DNA from: a virus
Lineage: Duplodnaviria; Heunggongvirae; Uroviricota; Caudoviricetes
Strand: one strand, 5' to 3'
Length of the DNA: 4,651 nt
Virus record (IMG/VR): IMGVR_UViG_2663763456_000003
Below the pieces are notes generated by a model. The model was not told the DNA's origin and did no database searches. It saw only the letters and a program-made list of their open reading frames with translations. This document shows, piece after piece, positions 1 to 4,651 of this stretch. The translations under genes were made by a program, and so were the position numbers. The number at the start of each line of letters is the position of its first letter. Within the stretch, counting starts at the first letter, position 1.

Positions 1-413
1 GCCTGTCATGGGCTGTTAATCATTACCGTGATAACGCCATTACCTACAAAGAGCAGCGCGACAAAAACGCAAGAGAACTGAAGCTGGCGAACGCAACCAT
101 TACTGACATGCAGCAGAGACAGCGTGATGTTAATGCACTCGATGCTAAATACACGAAGGAGTTAGCTGATGCGAAAGCTGAAAATGAAACTCTGCGCGCT
201 GATGTTGCCGCTGGTCGTCGTCGGTTGCACATCAAAGCAGTCTGTCAGTCAGTGCGTGAAGCCACCACCGCCTCCGGCGTGGATAATGCAACCAGCCCCC
301 GACTGGCAGACACCGCTGAACGGGATTATTTCACCCTCAGAGAGCGGCTGATGACGATGCAGATGCAACTGGAAGGGGCACAGGAGTATATCCGCACTCA
401 GTGCATTAAGTAG
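1..413 (+). CDS. Rz: Rz-like i-spanin (lysis, inner-membrane spanin subunit); 5' end lies upstream of the window
   Basis: Open frame from position 3 to TAG at 411-413. Translation ([29 protein letters not shown]...[70 protein letters not shown]...) is near-identical, from memory, to lambda Rz. No N-terminal Met in the window, so the gene is truncated by the window edge. Confidence 0.9.
   Translation, partial: LSWAVNHYRDNAITYKEQRDKNARELKLANATITDMQQRQRDVNALDAKYTKELADAKAENETLRADVAAGRRRLHIKAVCQSVREATTASGVDNATSPRLADTAERDYFTLRERLMTMQMQLEGAQEYIRTQCIK
169..351 (+). CDS. Rz1: Rz1-like o-spanin outer-membrane lipoprotein, nested in the +1 frame inside Rz
   Basis: ATG at 169 preceded by AAGGAG (155-160); 60 aa [60 protein letters not shown]. 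It has a signal peptide with lipobox (VVGC) and a proline-rich mature part, is the same length as lambda Rz1 and nearly the same sequence from memory, and is fully embedded in Rz as in lambda. Confidence 0.85.
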   Translation: MRKLKMKLCALMLPLVVVGCTSKQSVSQCVKPPPPPAWIMQPAPDWQTPLNGIISPSESG

Positions 414-455
414 CCTTTTTATCGTGGTAAACATTTCGCAGGGTATGAGGTATTT

Positions 456-806
456 ATGCCATCACTAATCCCACGTGCCTGCCGTAAGCGTGGATGTGCA
501 GGTACAACCACAGACAGTTCGGGTTACTGCGATAAACATCGCGGTGAAGGCTGGGTGCAGCACCAGCGCGGACTGAGCCGCCACCAGCGTGGCTATGGCT
601 CAAAATGGACGGTGATTCGTGCCCGTATTCTGAAGCGCGATAAAGGTCTGTGTCAGTTGTGTCTGCGTGTCGGTGTGGTGAGCGAGGCGAAAACCGTCGA
701 CCACATCATCCCGAAAGCGCATGGCGGAACAGACGCAGACAGCAACCTGCAGAGTCTGTGCTGGCCCTGCCATAAAGCGAAAACAGCGCGCGAACGAATC
801 CGGTGA
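456..806 (+). CDS. HNH endonuclease, phage packaging-associated (HK97 gp74-like)
   Basis: ATG 456 with GAGGT 9 nt upstream; 116 aa. N-terminal Cys cluster (C9, C14, C25), CxxC (CQLC) and CWPCH, with an HNH core (DHIIPKAHGG...N...CWPCHKAK) at about nt 699-773. It sits immediately upstream of the terminase small subunit, the conserved position of the HNH protein in HK97-like phages. Confidence 0.87.
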   Translation: MPSLIPRACRKRGCAGTTTDSSGYCDKHRGEGWVQHQRGLSRHQRGYGSKWTVIRARILKRDKGLCQLCLRVGVVSEAKTVDHIIPKAHGGTDADSNLQSLCWPCHKAKTARERIR

Positions 807-828
807 TAATTATTCTCACTTGTAGGGA

Positions 829-888
829 GGGGCGGGGCAAATCCCTGTGACCTGACGTCTTCCGGACTGCCCGCCCCATCGTTTTTTT
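829..888. other. GC-rich interrupted inverted repeat plus T7 tract in the HNH-terS intergenic region; candidate cos / terminase recognition region
   Basis: GGGGCGGGGCA (829-839) and TGCCCGCCCC (868-877) form a 10-bp stem with one bulged G, separated by 28 nt that include GTGACCTGACGTC (847-859, contains palindromic GACGTC), followed by ATCG and T7 (882-888). The location between HNH and terS is where cos sits in HK97-type genomes. The exact cleavage site cannot be determined from sequence alone. Confidence 0.4.
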
Positions 889-927
889 ATACCCGCGAAA
901 AATGAAATTTAACCAGGAGTGCCGCAT

Positions 928-1422
928 ATGGCTGGAACGGCGGGGCGTTCCGGGCGTCGCCCCAAGCCAACGGCGCGCAAGGCGCTGGCCGGAAACCCCG
1001 GCAAGCGAGCCCTGAACAAAGATGAACCTGTTTTTACGCCCATCAAAGGTGTTGAGCCACCAGAGTGGTTCGCTGAAGAAGATCTCCCTCTCGCCACGAT
1101 CATGTGGCAACTGACAACCAAAGAACTCTGCGGTCAGGGCCTGCTGTGCGTGACTGACCTGGCGGTACTTGAGCGGTGGTGCGTGGCCTATGAGTTCTGG
1201 CGACGTGCCGTGAAAAATATTGCCATACAGGGCAACACCATCACCGGTGCAATGGGCGGCAGGGTCAAAAATCCGGAGCTGACCGCCAAAAAAGAACAGG
1301 AGTCCGAGATGAGCAGCACGGGGGCAATGCTCGGACTCGACCCCAGCAGCCGCCAGCGTCTGATTGGCCTGGCGGGGCAGAAGAAAGCCACTAACCCGTT
1401 TCTGAAAATTATCGAATCATGA
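928..1422 (+). CDS. Terminase small subunit (P27 family-like, HK97 gp1-like)
   Basis: ATG 928 preceded by AGGAG (915-919, 8-nt spacer); the ORF track's GTG 919 start is 3 codons upstream in the same frame. About 164 aa, basic N-terminus ([29 protein letters not shown]...). Size, composition and position directly upstream of and overlapping the large terminase gene support the call. Stop TGA 1420-1422 overlaps the terL ATG (ATGA). Confidence 0.85.
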   Translation: MAGTAGRSGRRPKPTARKALAGNPGKRALNKDEPVFTPIKGVEPPEWFAEEDLPLATIMWQLTTKELCGQGLLCVTDLAVLERWCVAYEFWRRAVKNIAIQGNTITGAMGGRVKNPELTAKKEQESEMSSTGAMLGLDPSSRQRLIGLAGQKKATNPFLKIIES

Positions 1423-3152
1423 GCCGGAAATCTTACCCCAACGTAAATGCTGCAAATCAGTATGCCCGGGATGTCGTGCGCGGAAAGATTGTTGCCTGCC
1501 AGTTTGTGATTCAGGCCTGCCAGCGCCATCTTGATGACCTGATGGCGGAAAAAAGTAAGTCGTTTCGTTACCGCTTCGACAAGGACCTGGCTGAACGGGC
1601 CGCGAAATTTATTCAGCTGTTGCCGCACACCAAGGGGGAGTGGGCATTCAAACGGATGCCCATCACGCTGGAGCCGTGGCAGCTATTTGTGATCTGCTGT
1701 GCGTTTGGCTGGGTCAATAAAGGCACCCGGTTGCGCCGCTTCCGGGAGGTGTACACCGAAATCCCCCGTAAGAACGGCAAATCAGCAATCTCTGCCGGTG
1801 TTGCCCTGTATTGTTTTGCCTGTGATAACGAGTTTGGCGCGGAAGTGTATTCCGGTGCCACGACAGAGAAACAGGCGTGGGAAGTCTTTCGCCCGGCGCG
1901 ACTGATGTGTAAACGCACACCCATGCTGACGGAAGCGTTCGGGATTGAGGTTAACGCCTCAAACATGAACCGTCCGGAGGATGGCGCGCGGTTTGAACCG
2001 CTGATCGGCAACCCAGGTGATGGTTCATCACCCCACTGTGCCGTGGTTGATGAATATCACGAGCATGCCACCGATGCGCTTTATACCACAATGCTTACCG
2101 GGATGGGGGCGCGACGTCAGCCACTGATGTGGGCCATCACCACCGCCGGGTACAACATTGAGGGGCCGTGCTACGACAAGCGGCGGGAAGTCATCGAGAT
2201 GCTCAACGGCTCGGTGCCTAACGATGAACTGTTCGGGATCATCTATACCGTTGATGAAGGTGACGACTGGACCGGCCCGCAGGTGCTGGAAAAAGCCAAT
2301 CCAAATATTGGCGTGTCGGTTTATCGCGAATTTTTGTTAAGTCAGCAGCAGCGTGCGAAAAATAACGCCCGTCTGGCAAACGTCTTTAAAACAAAACACC
2401 TCAATATCTGGGTGTCGGCGCGTTCGGCGTATTTCAACTTGGTGAGCTGGCAGAGCTGCGAGGATAAATCACTGACCCTTGAGCAGTTCGAGGGGCAGCC
2501 GTGCATTCTGGCCTTTGACCTGGCGCGTAAGCTGGATATGAACAGCATGGCGCGACTTTATACCCGCGAGATTGACGGTAAAACGCATTACTACAGTGTG
2601 GCCCCGCGTTTCTGGGTACCGTATGACACGGTGTACAGCGTCGAGAAAAATGAAGATCGACGGACAGCCGAACGCTTTCAGAAATGGGTGGAAATGGGCG
2701 TTCTGACCGTTACCGATGGTGCGGAGGTGGATTATCGCTACATCCTCGAGGAGGCCAAAGCGGCGAACAAAATCAGCCCGGTCAGTGAGTCACCCATCGA
2801 CCCCTTCGGGGCGACCGGGTTGTCACATGACCTTGCTGATGAAGACCTGAATCCCGTCACTATCGTCCAGAACTTCACCAATATGTCCGATCCGATGAAA
2901 GAGCTGGAAGCAGCGATTGAATCGGGACGTTTTCATCATGACGGCAATCCCATCATGACCTGGTGTATCGGCAACGTGGTCGGCAAAAACATGCCGGGTA
3001 ACGATGATGTGGTGAAACCCGTCAAAGAGCAGGCGGAAAACAAAATCGATGGTGCAGTTGCGCTGATTATGGCGGTTGGCAGAGCCATGCTGTACGAGAA
3101 AGAAGACACGCTGTCTGACCACATTGAGTCCTACGGGATCCGCTCGCTTTAA
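1419..3152 (+). CDS. Terminase large subunit (ATPase + nuclease)
   Basis: 577-aa ORF translationally coupled to terS. Walker A-like P-loop IPRKNGKS (nt 1761-1784), Walker B-like hydrophobic stretch ending in DE (CAVVDE, nt 2037-2054), and a C-terminal region with acidic residues consistent with an RNase H-like nuclease ([11 protein letters not shown]...). Enterobacterial codon usage throughout. Confidence 0.93.
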   Translation: MSRKSYPNVNAANQYARDVVRGKIVACQFVIQACQRHLDDLMAEKSKSFRYRFDKDLAERAAKFIQLLPHTKGEWAFKRMPITLEPWQLFVICCAFGWVNKGTRLRRFREVYTEIPRKNGKSAISAGVALYCFACDNEFGAEVYSGATTEKQAWEVFRPARLMCKRTPMLTEAFGIEVNASNMNRPEDGARFEPLIGNPGDGSSPHCAVVDEYHEHATDALYTTMLTGMGARRQPLMWAITTAGYNIEGPCYDKRREVIEMLNGSVPNDELFGIIYTVDEGDDWTGPQVLEKANPNIGVSVYREFLLSQQQRAKNNARLANVFKTKHLNIWVSARSAYFNLVSWQSCEDKSLTLEQFEGQPCILAFDLARKLDMNSMARLYTREIDGKTHYYSVAPRFWVPYDTVYSVEKNEDRRTAERFQKWVEMGVLTVTDGAEVDYRYILEEAKAANKISPVSESPIDPFGATGLSHDLADEDLNPVTIVQNFTNMSDPMKELEAAIESGRFHHDGNPIMTWCIGNVVGKNMPGNDDVVKPVKEQAENKIDGAVALIMAVGRAMLYEKEDTLSDHIESYGIRSL

Positions 3153-3163
3153 CTGAGGTAATT

Positions 3164-3346
3164 ATGATCATGCTGATTCTCGCGCCTCTGGTGGGCGTGC
3201 TGGGTGCGCTTTTGCTGGCGTATGGTGCCTGGCTGATTTATCCCCCGGCGGGTTTTGTTGTTGCCGGGGCGCTGTGCCTGTTCTGGTCGTGGCTGGTGGC
3301 GCGATATCTCGACCGTACACGGCAGTCTGTCGGCGGAGGTAAATAG
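3164..3346 (+). CDS. Small hypothetical membrane protein (60 aa, two predicted TM helices), between terL and portal
   Basis: ATG 3164 with GAGGT (3155-3159) upstream; stop TAG 3344-3346. [60 protein letters not shown] has two hydrophobic segments separated by YPPAG and a basic C-tail. Codons are strongly enterobacterial (CTG-rich), unlike the overlapping alternative frame. No homolog recognised from memory. Confidence 0.5.
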   Translation: MIMLILAPLVGVLGALLLAYGAWLIYPPAGFVVAGALCLFWSWLVARYLDRTRQSVGGGK

Positions 3347-4502
3347 TGTTCTTTTCGGGATTATTTCAACGAAAAAGCGATGTGCCGGTGACCACGCCAG
3401 CAGAACTGCTGATGCTATCGGGCTGTCATACGACACCTATACCGGAAAGCGGATCAGTAGCCAGCGGGCCATGCGCCTGACGGCGGTCTATTCTTGCGTC
3501 AGGGTGCTGGCAGAGTCTGTTGGTATGCTGCCCTGCAGTCTCTACAAAATCAGCGGTACCCTGAAAACACGGGCGGTGGATGAACGACTGCATAAGTTGG
3601 TTTCGGCAAAACCTAATGGCTACATGACACCGCAGGAATTCTGGGAGCTGGTTATTGTCTGCCTGTGTCTACGGGGGAATTTTTACGCCTACAAGGTAAA
3701 GGCACTGGGAGAAGTGGTGGAGCTTCTTCCGATAGATCCGGGCTGTGTGGAACCGAAGCTGAACAGCCAGTGGCAGCCGGTTTATCAGGTGACGTTTCCG
3801 GATGGTTCCGTGGATGTGTTGACCCAGAATGAAATCTGGCATGTGCGCACCCTGACGCTGGATGGACTTGTCGGGCTGAATCCCATTGCGTATGCGCGTG
3901 AGGCCATTTCACTGGCAGCGGCAACCGAGGAGCACGGTGCCAGGTTGTTTAGTAATGGTGCGGTGACATCCGGTGTGTTGCGTACGGAACAAAAGCTCAC
4001 GCCGGATGCTTACGAGCGTCTGAAGAAAGATTTTGAGGAGTGTCACACGGGGCTTGGCAATGCTCACCGCCCGATGATTCTGGAAATGGGGCTGGACTGG
4101 AAGTCGATGGCGCTGAACGCCGAGGACAGTCAGTTCCTGGAAACCCGCAAGTTTCAGCTGGAAGAAATCTGTCGTCTGTTCCGGGTGCCGTTGCACATGG
4201 TGCAGAACACCGATCGCGCCACCTTCAACAATATCGAAGAGCTGGGGCTGGGATTTATCAACTATTCACTGGTGCCGTATCTGACCCGCATCGAACAGCG
4301 GATCAACACCGGACTGGTACGAAAAAGTAAGCAGGGCGTTTATTACGCCAAATTTAACGCCGGGGCGTTACTGCGCGGGGATATGAAGTCCCGTTTTGAA
4401 GCCTACGCCACCGGGATCAACTGGGGAATTTACTCTTCCAATGACTGCCGCGACCTGGAAGATATGAATCCGCGTCCCGGTGGTGTAATGCCGATCAGTT
4501 AA
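3346..4502 (+). CDS. Portal protein, HK97 family; 5' end apparently frameshifted (start GTG 3346 in one frame, body from about 3423 to 4502 in another; uninterrupted from ATG 3471)
   Basis: The body (3471-4502; ...QRAMRLTAVYSCVRVLAESVGMLPCSLYK...) has the conserved N-proximal motif and length typical of HK97-family portals and sits directly after terL. GTG 3346 follows a GGAGG SD (3335-3339) by 6 nt and overlaps the upstream stop (TAGTG); it encodes a portal-like N-terminus MFFSGLFQRKSDVPVTTPAELLMLSG but runs into TGA at 3478-3480. The ORF-track start (TTG 3255) has no SD and lies in the poorly coding frame over 3255-3345. The N-terminal boundary is therefore uncertain. Confidence 0.8.
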
Positions 4503-4534
4503 GGATCAGTTGACCGATCCAGTGGCTGTGTAAG

Positions 4535-4569
4535 AATCCGGAAACGCTCACTTGTTTCCGGATTTTTTT
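4535..4569 (+). terminator. Rho-independent terminator-like hairpin downstream of portal
   Basis: Perfect 11-bp stem AATCCGGAAAC (4535-4545) / GTTTCCGGATT (4554-4564) with an 8-nt loop, followed by a T run (4563-4569, 7 T). The T run is on the + strand, matching the direction of the late operon. Confidence 0.6.
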
Positions 4570-4651
4570 ATGCACATTGGACAGGCTCTTGATCTGGTAT
4601 CCCGTTACGATTCTCTGCGTAACCCACTGACTTCTCTGGGGGATTACCTCG
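4570..4651 (+). CDS. Start of an unidentified ORF running off the window end (by synteny possibly the next head gene, e.g. prohead protease)
   Basis: ATG 4570 opens a frame through the window end (MHIGQALDLVSRYDSLRNPLTSLGDYL...) with enterobacterial codons (CTG, CGT, AAC, TAC). There is no clear SD (the start abuts the terminator T run) and only 27 codons are visible, so the call is weak. Confidence 0.3.
   Translation, partial: MHIGQALDLVSRYDSLRNPLTSLGDYL

Noticed and set aside
44-434. Minus-strand ORFs 44-235 and 249-434 overlapping Rz/Rz1
   Set aside because: Antisense to the Rz/Rz1 pair and lacking start signals. A third overlapping gene there is very unlikely.
829-888. Intergenic inverted repeat read as a rho-independent terminator after HNH
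   Set aside because: The 28-nt loop, bulged stem and 4-nt gap before the T run are atypical for an intrinsic terminator. Its position between HNH and terS fits a cos / terminase recognition element better, though weak terminator activity cannot be excluded.
706-1110. Minus-strand ORF (134 aa) spanning the HNH 3' end, intergenic region and terS 5' end
   Set aside because: Antisense to two well-supported genes and the putative cos region, with no SD and low-complexity Arg/Gly-rich translation. Most likely a chance open frame in GC-rich DNA.
3255-3470. ORF-track N-terminal extension of the portal frame from TTG 3255 (415-aa version)
   Set aside because: No SD before TTG 3255; the 3255-3345 part overlaps the small membrane ORF, whose frame has far better codon usage; and the encoded N-terminus ([17 protein letters not shown]...) is not protein-like. 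The frame only becomes convincingly coding from about 3423.
3440-3480. Programmed -1 ribosomal frameshift joining the two portal frames
   Set aside because: No slippery heptamer of X-XXY-YYZ type (GGAAAGC does not qualify) and no obvious downstream stimulatory structure. A mutational or sequencing frameshift is the simpler explanation.
1188-4196. Other minus-strand ORFs from the track (1188-1628, 1613-2011, 1714-1920, 2342-2548, 2823-3122, 2936-3124, 3149-3436, 3652-3924, 3785-4000, 3909-4196)
   Set aside because: All lie antisense within terS, terL, the small ORF or portal, which have strong coding signals on the + strand. None has a convincing start context or recognisable motifs.
1699-4330. 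Plus-strand alternative-frame ORFs inside terL and portal (1699-1905, 2158-2340, 4040-4330)
   Set aside because: Overlapping frames within strongly supported genes, with Arg/Ser/Cys-rich or otherwise low-complexity translations and no SD. Treated as chance ORFs.
1-4651. Search for CRISPR repeats, tRNA-like structures, IS inverted repeats or att-like direct repeats
   Set aside because: No regularly spaced direct repeats, no cloverleaf-compatible segments, and no terminal inverted repeats flanking a transposase-like ORF were seen. The window is fully accounted for by phage late genes.

Overview
This window is the lysis-to-head (late) region of a lambdoid, HK97-type cos phage or prophage from an enterobacterial host, with every supported gene on the + strand. 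In order: the 3' part of an Rz i-spanin gene with the Rz1 o-spanin nested in it, an HNH endonuclease, a GC-rich inverted-repeat intergenic region where cos is expected, terminase small and large subunits (ATGA overlap), a 60-aa two-transmembrane ORF, an HK97-family portal gene, a strong hairpin terminator, and the first codons of a further ORF. I find no CRISPR array, tRNA/rRNA, IS element or recognisable defence or toxin system, so this looks like an ordinary phage packaging/structural segment rather than a novel system. The two real oddities are the small membrane ORF wedged between terL and portal, and an apparent frameshift in the 5' end of the portal gene. All calls rest on reading the sequence and on recalled family knowledge; no database search was run.
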